DNA from: Calcarisporiella thermophila CBS 279.70
Lineage: Eukaryota > Fungi > Calcarisporiellomycota
Length of the DNA: 64,000 bases
NCBI RefSeq assembly: GCF_041956535.1
Contig: NW_027192204.1
Location: 71,069-135,068, forward strand
Direction of reading: 5' to 3'
Shown here: positions 1-11,508 of the stretch, piece by piece
Layout: every line of letters starts with the position of its first letter
How positions within the stretch are numbered: the stretch's first letter is position 1
Notes under the pieces: model-generated
The model's input: only the letters and a program-made list of their open reading frames with translations
What the model was told of the DNA's origin: nothing
Database searches by the model: none
Program-made: the position numbers and the translations under genes

Positions 1-200
1 TGTTACATAGCCATAATTTCTGTAAACGTGCTAAATAGTTAAATTCCGATAATTCTTGAATTAACTACAGGCATTAATTTTTATTGTATACAAATATTTA
101 AGCATAGCTATGTCAAGCAAATTGGTTTCAAGCTAAATAGAAAATGGGTAACAAGGCAAACGAATTTTGCACCCAAATAGGTCGTCGTTTTTATATACAA

Positions 201-2082
201 TCATTTCTCCATGTATACATGCTCGCCTCGCTCCACCAACTCCATTACCCGATACCATCGCCCTGAAATAATGCCTCGCATGTCAAGCCACTCCATCACC
301 TCCTCTGGGGTTATTTCCTCGTTATTTTCATTTTCATCCTTATTCTTCTCTAGGTCCTGAAGCTCGGCAGCAACAATCTGGCGAAGACGGTATTTCAAGT
401 GGTGAAGTTCATGATAAGCTGAGCTCCTAGTGTAGCAAAATTTCCCAACTTCGTACTCGATGCCATTTGACTTTTTGGTATCTTTCTCCTCTTTTTCTCT
501 ATTTCCGTCTAATATTCTCACCTCTGGCGTTTCCTGATGTCCATCCTGACCATTAACAGCCCATTTTTTCTCGATGGGTGCAAGCGTTGTTCTGTCATAA
601 GCGTGTCCCCCAAATCTTACAATATACGTAGCACCTCGATCCGAGCGATGGCACACTTGACACCCGCCCAAAAAACCCCCCGGCAATTTGGTTGCATAAT
701 ATTCTGGATATCTCTCCATATCCATAAGAAACGAAGAATCCCAAGCCTGACTCTGCATGACGTCCTTGTAGGTTGAAATGTATTTGTCAAGCGCTTGGAG
801 TGGTAATCGAAAGCTGGCTGCAAACACAGAACAGCGAAAAAAAAAAATTATAAGCCATATTGAAGTAATAAAAAACTATATTCAAGCTCGGAATACTTAC
901 GTTCTGCTGCAACATTCACACAATCTAGATCCAAGACCAAGTACACAAGATACTCGACCAGAACACGGAAGTTAGTGCCCATCTCTTGTTTACTATCCAT
1001 TCTAAATTCGTCTTAAAAATCAGGGTAAGGCTTAGGGTTGGCACCATATCTTGAGGAAAGGATTTACAGCCCTTACCAGGTAGTGCAATAACTTGCCGAC
1101 CATTGACATTATCATCTCCGTCATCATCATCGACTATAAAGTCCCCCATATCATCGTCCTCTTCCAATAAACCATCGTCTTCAATATCTTCTACCCACGA
1201 TGTCGTCCTATTAGCAAAATATCTTTGTATACCATCCGCTGTAAGAGTTGCTCTTGTATATGAGGGAGGTGCGCCAACTATCTCGAGGTCGTCTTCATCG
1301 TCAGTAGAGAAATTATTTTGCTCATTATCAGAGCTTTTCAACTTTTTGGCCTTCATTTTTTCAAGAGCTCTATTGAAACTGGACACACGTCGACCCCGCG
1401 TACGCCTTTCGATAATATCTAAGATGAGAGATTTTTGACAAATATATACCTCCTCATGTTAACTCAAAATAAAGGGGTAGCTCTTACTTGACGCGTCTAA
1501 ATCATTTGCCTCTTGTACCAGCTCCTCCTCAGTTTCTTCTTTCTCTAAATCACTTCCTTCTTCTGAACGTTTCCTCCTTAGTAGACGTCGCCGCTCATTG
1601 AGTGCTGTGTCTTTATCTGCACTATCGTCTCCGCCCTCGCTTAATACTTTAAAATTTCCATTTTTCCTTCTTCTCACCAAGGGTATATCTTGCTCCTCAT
1701 CCTCGCTGTCTTCTCTTTTATCTGCGCTGGTTTCATTCTCAAGGCGATTTTTCACAGATCCAAAAAAATTACGCCTCCGGCAATTTACATGGATTATTTC
1801 GTCTTCACCACTCTCTTCACTGTAGATTATTCGAGTATTATGTAAAGACTCAGTCACATTGTTTGTCTGTGGACTATTGTCTAGGGGTCTCGGCGGAGAA
1901 CTAGGGGGTAGATATGTCACTGAAGGGGAAGGCGGTGGATTAATCTCGGCTTCGGAAGAAGGTACAGGTTCAGGACACCTTGGTTGGGTAAAGACAGCAT
2001 TGGATCGTGGGAAAAATTGATCAAGACGAGTTTGACGTTTTGGCGTATAGGGCTGTTTTTTATGGGTCTTTACCTGCACCAT
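201..2082 (-). CDS. DUF4211 / CCDC82-like protein (multi-exon)
   Basis: Three minus-strand ORFs (1459-2082, 925-1386, 201-827) are consistent with one spliced gene. It has an acidic/basic disordered N-terminus and a C-terminal domain SQAW...GCQVCHRS...FGGHAYDRTTL...VGKFCYTRSSAYHELHH typical of DUF4211. Internal splice sites are approximate. Confidence 0.7.
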
Positions 2083-2218
2083 TCTAATACATTAAATAAC
2101 TCAATACGCGCGTAAGGTGACAATTATCCACGAGCAAACGCGAGAGATTAAATGACAAGTGAACAGTCACAACTTAATTTTTATATTTCATTATATCCAT
2201 GTAAGCGAAATCATTCGA
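2083..2218. promoter_or_regulatory. Short bidirectional promoter with ACGCG (MCB-like) elements
   Basis: 136 bp between divergent ATGs; palindrome ACGCGCGT at 2106-2113 and AAACGCGA at 2136-2143. Confidence 0.4.
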
Positions 2219-4096
2219 ATGCCTAGGAGTCTGCTTCGAATGCTAACGCGCTTTAACATGCCGTCACAGAAAGGAAAGTCCGTATATTATGCTGTTAGAT
2301 CTGGTAGGAAGCCTGGAATCTATTCAACATGGTATCGATAAATCTTTGGATCCTCCCGATTTTACCTTGACTTATAACAGATTTTTGGCAGGGAAGAATG
2401 CAGAGAGCAAGTGGATGGGTATAGCGGCTCACGCTATAAGAAATTCAAAATCCTAGAGGAAGCGAAGAAGTTTATAGAAGTAGCTGGCAATTCTCAATCT
2501 AACACTACCCCGGCAATAGAAGCACCATCGCGCTTACTGCAATCCAGAGATGAAATCGTCAAGTCAATAAATCGCAATGCCAGCCCTCCCCCTTTGTTCA
2601 AAAAAGAAATCAAGGAAGAATTTGATTGTAACAGTAGCATGCGCAACAAGAAACGTAGGATTTCAAGAGGAGCAGAGAAACTAAGAGGAATGCCAGACAA
2701 TCTTCAATCAAAACCTGCCACCCATAGAGAAAATCAATCGAACTTACTGCAAGCACCAACAGATAATATTGTATCGGAAAAGTCTAGGGACAGAAAAAAG
2801 CCAGCATACCAGCGTGAATCTTTAGCATTGACTTCATCCTCAATACCCTTGATCTCACCTTTTGACACCTCACCATCACCGAGACAACCTACCTTTCGCA
2901 CCGTTACTGATTCTTATGGTCAGCGCTGGTTATTTTCATCAGGGGATAACCAAGATTCCAGGCAAAGCATTGGGGATAAACCGGTCAATTCGCCTGCGAT
3001 TGCATCCCCTGAGGTGAAGCACGTAAAAATCAAAAAATCTCAGCTTGGAATGAAAAATAAATATTTCCCCGCAGATGAAGGTGAAGCAAGTTGGAAGGGG
3101 GAGGAGAGTGATATGAATGGGGAAATGGAAATGGACTATAATGCGGACTCAGTCCCACCGAGTTCGTTAGAATCGAATTCTAGTTCGCGTGATCGTAGAC
3201 CCCTAAGATCACACTCTCATAAGCCCTCTCATCCTCAATTGGAGTCAGGCGAGGATCATTCTGATGCCAACAGTGCTAGTGACAGAGATCATAATCAATT
3301 CGTATTGCCTTCTAAATCAGAAAAACCTAGAAGGCACCGCCCAAATCTACGCTCTATCATTTCTTCGGATGAGCCTCCCTCAGATTCAAGTTCTGTTGTC
3401 GTCTACACTGACGGCTCTACTTTCCGCAATGGAAGGATTGGTGCACGCTCAGGAGTCGGAGTATGGTGGGGCCCAGGAGACCCGCGCAACGTGAGTGAGC
3501 CACTTTGTCCTGGACCACAAACAAACCAGAGAGCAGAGGTCTATGCGGTGATCAGGGCGTTAGAAGTGTGTGGCAACGAGAATATGCGTTTAGAAATTCG
3601 AACGGACAGTGCATACCTTATCAACTGTAACTATTTTCAAGTTTGTTTGATGTTTTTATGGCAGTTTCTTTATTGATTTTGTCTTGGTTAACCTGGCCAA
3701 CTCTGCTGAATATAGGCATGACTAGATGGTTCAGAAAGTGGGATGGTAACGACTGGAAGACAGCCGGAGGCAAACCCGTTGAGAACCAAGACCTGCTTCA
3801 GCGGTTGCTTTATATGCTACGGAACCGCCCGGGCCCAGTAGAGTTTGTGAGTACTCCTTTATTTATTTGGAATAGAATTGGGTGTATTGCCGTTCGCTTT
3901 TTCATCCATATTTCAACTCTATGGCAGATTTTTGCTTTATATGCCTGTCCTGCATTCATTAACATATATTAATTGTGATTTATAGAGACATGTACGAGGA
4001 CACGCGGGCGTCCTTGGAAACGAAATGGCAGACCGTTTGGCTGTGGCGGGATCCAACATGAACATTTACAATATCACAGAGCATTCACCCATTTAA
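2219..4096 (+). CDS. RNH1: Ribonuclease H1 (hybrid-binding domain + RNase H domain)
   Basis: YYAVRSGRKPGIYSTW|EECREQVDGYSGSRYKKF across intron 2332-2391. Catalytic motifs VVYTDGS, QTNQRAE, IRTDS and last exon HVRGHAGVLGNEMADRLA; stop TAA 4094-4096. Confidence 0.95.
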
Positions 4097-4251
4097 TTCG
4101 ATTAACTTTTTCTAGTCATAATAAACATAATACATTATTGCGAGGCATCTCGAGGGAGGAAAAAAAAAAAATAGATAGGTAAAGGATATGAGAATTATGA
4201 AAGTTAAATGGGCAAATTCAAATAAGAGGGCAGATTCCTGGTGATGAAATA

Positions 4252-5758
4252 CTAGAGAAGCGCCAAAACTCCACACAATCCCCAGAACACTACCGTTCCC
4301 ATGCTGGACATGTGAATTGCGCCAGGCGATTTCGCGCCATTGTTGCCGGTTGATCCTGTAGATGTTCCATTAGCTCTATCCTTGACTTTGTATCCTAGAG
4401 CCCCCAACACTTGCAGCAATCGCGGACCCAATGGTCCATCACCTCCTCCCCTCTGCACAGCTTCCTGAAGCGATAAGCCCTTATCCTGCAAGAATCGCAT
4501 CAAAAAGTCCGAAGTGTTGGTATAGGTAGCATAATCTACGTGGGAGATACTTGATCCATCTGCAAACGGTTTGATGCCTGTTTCCACCACAATAGGCGAA
4601 GTGTCGGAGGAAATGTTGGGGAGAGGCGGTGGCAATAAACCAAGCTTTCCTTTTGTCGTCGCCAGCTTCAACATCCCGGCTCCCAATACTCTGTACGCAT
4701 CAGAGCCTGAGAGCTCTGATACGAACTCTTCCGCCGACGTGAACACTTCGCATTCCCCTTCACGCTGCCCCTTAGAATTAACACAGAAACTGTTCAAACG
4801 CCTTGTGAAGTTGGAAGTGGGGACATTTTGAGGAAGTGTGGCTAGCAGGCGGTCAAATGCATATTCATGAAATCCAGTGAATTCGAACTTCTCTTTTGTA
4901 TCGGGCACACCAAACCCTTGATCAGGGTTAATATCAGGGGTAAGTGCCACGGGCGACTCATTAAAGTAATCGTTCCAAGAACTATTAATAAAGTAAGATG
5001 GACGAGGACGTTAGACACTATCTACAAATATATTTTCTGTGGAGAAAATCATGGAATATTCAGAAAACAAGAATCACATACCTAGTGAAGCCAAGACCAT
5101 GAATCATTTCATGTAAGACTACAAAAAGAAAATCGGACTCCTGCGGCCCTATCGGTGTCCCACTTGTATTGAACCAGAAATTAGCATCCGCATTAAATAA
5201 AGCCTGGATATCAAATTTCCCAAACTCCGGATGACTTGAGATGTTGAGCTGCTTCACCAAGGCCTGGGGATAAAAGCGAGTTAACCCGTCGCTATCCTTG
5301 ATTGGAATTACTCGGGCAGGTGAAGCTCCTCCAAGAGTAACAAACTTTTGCTGTTTTCGCTGAGCAGCTTCTTCGCAAGAACTTTCGTCAAACGAGGCGT
5401 TGCAAAACGAAAAGTACGACGCGTTCACTTTAATCGGCATCTGAAACTCAATATACTCGGATATGATTTTTCCAGCTCGCTCAAAAGCATCTCGTGCCAA
5501 ATCGCAACCTGTCGTGGCATTGCAGGAGAAGTCAATTTCAAAACCGCTACCGTTATTAGGAGCAACTATCAAGTCGTGCAAGGATTGAGGGCGATTCAAG
5601 ACAGCGCACGGAACGAGTTTATATTGTGAGTGTTTGAGAGGATTATGGAACTCGATGCAATATGTTTGTGGTTGCTGTTGCTGGGCCTTCACGCGTGTCA
5701 GCTCAAAAAAAATAAGCGACACTAAGCAAAGTGGGAAATAATACAGCGTGAGATGCAT
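4252..5758 (-). CDS. Secreted, probably GPI-anchored zinc metallopeptidase-like protein (HExxH)
   Basis: Signal peptide, then LHEMIHGLGFT|SSWNDYF across one intron (~4983-5081). Downstream GSSISHVD and DFLM (candidate third ligand and Met-turn); S/T/G linker and hydrophobic C-terminus. Confidence 0.75.
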
Positions 5759-6433
5759 GAAGTTGAGATGAAGGCGTGCTAAGTGACAAATAATTTAAAT
5801 CAATTGTCGTAATTGAAGAAAATGAGTGTAGTTTTCGAAACGAGACTACAGAGAGATGCAAGTGACTAGGGAAAAAAGTGATGCGAGATTACGTCTTGAT
5901 TGAGGCAAACCCCAAGTCCAAGATCTAAAAAGATATTATTACCATATCAAGACGAATGAACTCATAGGTTAGGTTTTGAGAATACGATAAGCTCATCAAA
6001 CCATTGGCTAGGATTCCAAATCATCCTAAGCATGCATTTAATTTACAAAGAGAGCTCCGCTATATACTACGAATACTCTTCAAACAAGTTATTTCGATTA
6101 CTAAAAAGATTCGAAGAAAGGAGGGAAAAGGACGCAAAAGGACATCTGGCTTGTAATCTAGAACATAGAGGGTCGCTCTGGTAGAATCTGGCACAAGCAA
6201 ACATACCCAGCCAATCTCCAAAAACCATAATACGCCAAAAATGAAAGTAGAACTGTATTGATACTCTGGAAATTAATGATCGCGTGTGCATCCGGGGAAT
6301 TCGCATACGCACGTGATTCGAGCATTATAATGTACTAGTGCATAAGCCTAACTCTAATAGGAACGGATGTTCAATCGCAAAACTAAAACAATTTTCTTTC
6401 TTTCGAATTAGACGTGGATAAAGATTGATAAGC

Positions 6434-7868
6434 ATGTATAGGATCTCTACAGGGTTTGTCCTTTTATATTCTCTCGTATTTGGCATATTTGCAATCCAGG
6501 GAAGTGATCAAAATCCCTCTTTGCATTTATTCGAGGATTCTCGATTAAAAACCCTGCGTCGACAAAGCATACGAAAAGGTATACACCCTCATTTCACTTT
6601 ATCAAAACTACTTTGGTTAGCAATATCAGATTGCTAGGACTTATAGATCAAAGCAGCCCAGAAGTTCACAGCCTGCTGTACCGAGACGATGACTTCGATA
6701 CTGCTGAAGTACCGAGTCGATGTAAGTCAACAAAATTCCCTATAATTATCTCCCCGACCTTAAATGCGCTTTGAATGCTATAAATTCATAACTAAACCGA
6801 CCGAACTAGACGCATATATTTACAAGCACCTCATTAACAACAATGCTTTTATGATATCCTCTAACAAGTTTATGGCATTTACCCCAATTGATCTATTTCA
6901 GATGAACTGAGTGTGATACGAAGTGCTCATGATTCAAGTAATGATAATTCCGGCAACGAATGCTGGTATAAATACATTCGCTGCAATGAAAACTCTTTAA
7001 AGAGTTCACAGTCGCACAGTTTTCGGGGTAATTTACGCGGGATTAGTCATAAGCGCGAGTACAGGCATACACCACGAATTGCTCGGCCACAACTAGCTAG
7101 TCTATCTGATTCGAATAATAAGGCAATATCCAAAGCTTCCGATAAAAACGCTAAAGGCCGGATTCGTATACGTGACGCATACAGTCCTCATGAACAACCA
7201 ACTCGTTACCGATGGACTTATTATTGGCTTGCTGATGAACGGAAGGAATTGAACCATCATCCACCATATCAAAAGTTGAGGACATGCAATGGTACTCTGT
7301 TACATGAAACTACGCAAAAGTTCGCAGAAAAAGCAAGAATGGAAGGAACAGCGATCTTGAGAGATGGCCGCATGATTAATTTGAGATGCGATTGTAGAGG
7401 CGGCTTCGACTGTTTCATGCTCGTTGATACCACGACATATCCCTTTGGAATTGGAAAAGAGGGTCGCGCCTTATTTCCGTTTGTCAGCGTCGGTACGTAA
7501 ACCCAAACGTATTTTGTATTTCGCAGTCTAATTCCCAACCTATATCTTATGGTCAAAAAGCATCTAATCTGCACACTGCCGGTACTCTTCTTTATATTGC
7601 CGACATTGATGGTTGGATTCTTCCGGACAATAAAACCAGGCATAACGGATGCGTACGAGTGGATGATGAAGGATGGAGTTTAGAAAAGCTTCACCTGGAC
7701 TTCTTCGTCGTCAATGAAGACAACTACAAATATCTTGACAATATTCACGGAAAGGACTATGTATCTGCTTATCCAAAAAACTGTGAAATCAAGAGCTATT
7801 GTAAGTGACTCATTAAATCTTGTTATTACAGTACTAATTCATAATTTTTAGTGGTCAAAGAGCATTAA
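6434..7868 (+). CDS. Secreted 3D-domain (MltA/YuiC-like DPBB) protein
   Basis: Signal peptide MYRISTGFVLLYSLVFGIFA. Spliced C-terminus TYYW...MEGT...PFGIG...LFPFVSV|ASN...GTLLYI...HNGCVRVDDEGWSLEKLHLDFFV. The exon from 7561 is missing from the ORF track. Stop is 7868 (with intron 7801-7851) or 7808. Confidence 0.65.
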
Positions 7869-8397
7869 AGTAAGCAACTATCCAAGAGTTTCGATGGGGA
7901 TCATCTATGATATAAATGCAGTCTGTTATTTTCCTTGCAAAATCAGCCACCTCTGTTGAAAACATATTGACCTTGGGCAGCATTATTGACGAGAACTCAT
8001 GCCAAATTAGTTAACCTTAATTATGCAAGCTAGAATTATGAAGATGCATTGCTTTGTAGCATTCAAGATGCGTTTATTTCGACTTTTAACCTTATAACCT
8101 TTATTATACATTAAGTGTGTACTCTAGAATTCTATTTAGACGATTCGATTTTTATTTTGCAACGATTCGTTAACCTTGCTATTTAGTGACATTGCAACTA
8201 AAAGTGATTTTACTATTGAGTCCCATCTAAAATGCGTTTCCCACGTTGAAATATTTCCAGTCACGCAAGCTGTGCCACCTAGCGGCAAATGGCTACACTT
8301 ATTGGACGACCTAGATTTCAGATCAATATTACCCCGCTCAGTTTCTCACATCCCTGCCTGCAAGACCTCGCCCTTTATTGCGATCAAGAGAATAGTG

Positions 8398-10470
8398 ATG
8401 GATGTATTAGCCAAAGATGCTGTATTAGGAAAAGAAGAGCTCCCAAATTCATCTACTGGGCTTTCTAGTGTCGAGAAATGTGATAAAAGCTTGTCCAAAT
8501 CACTAGAAAATAAGGCATCCGGCCTTAATCATGAGGCCGTGCGCCGCCTCGTTTTAAAGCAAGATCTCTTTCTGATCCCTTTCCTAAGTCTACTGTACTT
8601 GCTTAGTTTCCTGGATCGAATCGCAATAGGCAATGGCAAGATTGCAGGGCTTGATAAAGATCTCAACTTGACTCCATCTGAATATAATTGGAGCTTGAGT
8701 ATTTTCTTCTTTCCGTACGCACTGTGCGAGGTGCCTTCCAACATATTGCTGAAACGTTTACGACCAAGCAGATGGATTCCTAGGTAATATCTCCGAATTC
8801 TTTTTCAAATTTTGCTTCTTATATTAAATACCGTGGTACGGATTAAATAGCATTATGGTTGTATGGGGCGGAGTAATGATCGCAATGGCGTTTGTACGAA
8901 ATTTTTCAGAGTTAATGGTAGTGCGGTTTTTCCTAGGGTAAACATTTTTAGCTGCTGTATAGATGAGCCCGAGATGATTGATAGATATTGCTGTTAGATT
9001 GGCAGAGGCTGGTTTATTCCCAGGAGTTGTATATTACATTGTAAGTCCAACTTCTCTTTTCATATACAATAACACTATCCTCACACTTTTATTTATCACA
9101 TTAGACTTTCTGGTATTGCAGACGTGAACAGGTATGTCAATTTATTCACTTTATAACTTTTGAATATATGGCTTGAATTTTACCCTTCTGTAGAGCTTCC
9201 GTATTGCTCTCTTCTTCTGTGCTGCAAGTATTGCAGGCGCATTTGGTGGGTTCTTGGCGTATGGCATCCAACAGATGCATGGTCTAGCTGGACTAGCCGG
9301 CTGGCAATGGTAATTTAATAAAACTCGATACTTCAATTTATTTGAATCAAACTTTGTCTCATTTTTAGGATCTTCGTCATTGAAGGAGGAGTGACCGTGC
9401 TTGTTGCCCTCCTCTCCTACGCTATCATCGCGGATTCGCCGGAGACAGCCTCATGGCTTACTTCAGAAGAACGCATGCTGGCAATGCGGAGGCTGCGAGA
9501 AGACAGCGTCGGAAATGACGAGGGATTCAGTTGGAAGCGAGTAAGTTAGGGATATTGACTATTTGCGATTCAATAGTTAACTAGAGCTATTTTTGTTTCT
9601 AATAGGCCAGGGCTGCTTTTCTAGATCCTAAAGTGTATTTATACATGACTATGTATGTTGGTACTTTGATCCCCCTTTTCTCCTTTAGTTTGTTTATGCC
9701 TTCAATAGTCTTTGGTAAGTGTGCTTGATGGATACGTGAAGGGATAGGACTAATGCGTTTTTTGTCTTCAGCTATGGGATTTTCCAGCCTCGAGGTATGG
9801 CTTACATTATTCTTGGAATGTTAGGCTCCATTGATTGATTTTGACTTATTTCTAGGCTCAACTCCTTAGCTCGCCTCCCTATGGTATCAGTGCCTATTTT
9901 CATCCCCCAAAATTCTATATAATTGACCGATATTTTCTCTTTCTACTCGTAGTCGTTGGATGCCTGGCCACCATGATAGTCGCATATATCTCCGATCGTT
10001 ATCAACGTCGTGCCCCTTTTGTTCTGATATTCTCGCTGGTTGGTGTTCTGGGCTACGTGCTTCTGGCCACGCTCACCTCGACTGCTGGTCTGTACACTTC
10101 GCTCTATATCGTTGCTCTCGGATTCTATCCCGTTATTCCTGTGTCCATCTCATGGCTTACGAATAATATTGCGGGTGATACCAAGAGAGGGGTTGCAAGT
10201 GCCATGATGATATCTTTTGCAAATTTATTAGGTGGATTGCTTGGAAGTCAGCTGTATAGAGAGCAGGACAAGCCACGATACGTGTTGGGACATGCCATTA
10301 ATGCGGGGTTCATGAGTGCTGTTTTTCTCTTCTCAGTGGTGCTATATTTCGTGTTGAGAAAAATGAATGAAAATAGGGAGAGGGGAAATTGTGTCGATAT
10401 CTCTAAGTTGACGAGAGAAGAGATAGAGGATTTAGGAGATAGGCATCCAAATTTCCGTTACATGTTGTAG
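8398..10470 (+). CDS. MFS transporter, anion:cation symporter (Tna1/Dal5-like) family
   Basis: LSFLDRIAIGNGKIAG, EVPSNILLK, AEAGLFPG, FWYCRREQ, GW(Q/R)WIF, GDTKRG and the C-terminal DLGDRHPNFRY. Many short introns. Confidence 0.92.
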
Positions 10471-11508
10471 CAAATCCTATTTATTATTTAATAGATCATG
10501 AAAAGCGCTTGCAGTTCATACTTCATGAGGACAAGGCCTTCGATTCGAAATCCAGCGAAAAGTTCAATATATAACATAGAAAATTTATCGATCATAAAAA
10601 TAAAGTGCGACAACTACATTTTTTTCCTTATCCATTTTCTGATCAATAGAACTTCCTCTAAGCGATTATTAACACATAAGTTAATCCGATAGACCTCCTC
10701 TTTAAACTCCTGTCCTTCTCTACAATGCTTAGCGGCAATTTGCTGGCGATACAGATAAATCCCTTCATAATTAAGCGGAAAGGATGGGAAAATTGTATGG
10801 GCCTGAGGCAGACTTTACTACTGATGAAAGGAAGAATAATTGGGTCAGAAACCTCTCACGGTTGGATCTAATACCACCTAATGCCTACGATGTACTCGCC
10901 CTTGCGTCTTGCCTGAGCAATGATGCTTGGAAGTACGACGCGAACCTTGTGGACATTTTGAAAGAATTGATACTCATCCTCGAGACGATTGGAAGTTCTC
11001 TTTTGTTTCGTCCAAGCCTAGCTGTTTCTCTGGTGCTGCTTTATCCCCACGTGGAGTTTTAAAAATGCGCTGTCTTCTTGAGATATTTAACTCCACCACG
11101 ATGACCCTTGTGCATTTTAATTTAATGCTTTAATTCATCCAATAAATAGCCTATAGGCTAACATCTGGTTTCCGGCAAGGCAATACAATAGCATTGTTTC
11201 GAGAAGAAGTGTGTCGAGTTAAAAGGGAGGGTAGCTGAAGAGATAAACATATCCGACAAATGTGATAAAGTACAGCAAGAATTCTCTAGCAATTCGATCC
11301 ATCTACCAACCATAATTCTAGGCAATCGAATATACGCTTCGGAGAGCCAAATTGAGGCACGTGCATTTGCAGCTTACACGCGACGATCATATTATATAAT
11401 AGTGCTACAATAGCCATTACAAGCATTTTTTTATATTTCCCATATATCCTTAGTAAACCCATCCTTAACGCCCTCCTCCCCCTCCCCGATTAAATAGATT
11501 TTGGCAGA

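Noticed and set aside
3390-4096. RNase H domain as a retrotransposon remnant
   Set aside because: It has introns, an N-terminal hybrid-binding domain and no RT, integrase or LTR, so it is cellular RNase H1.
10784-11133. Two overlapping short ORFs between the MFS and PL8 genes
   Set aside because: No recognisable family or clear splice structure; could be a remnant but I cannot support it.
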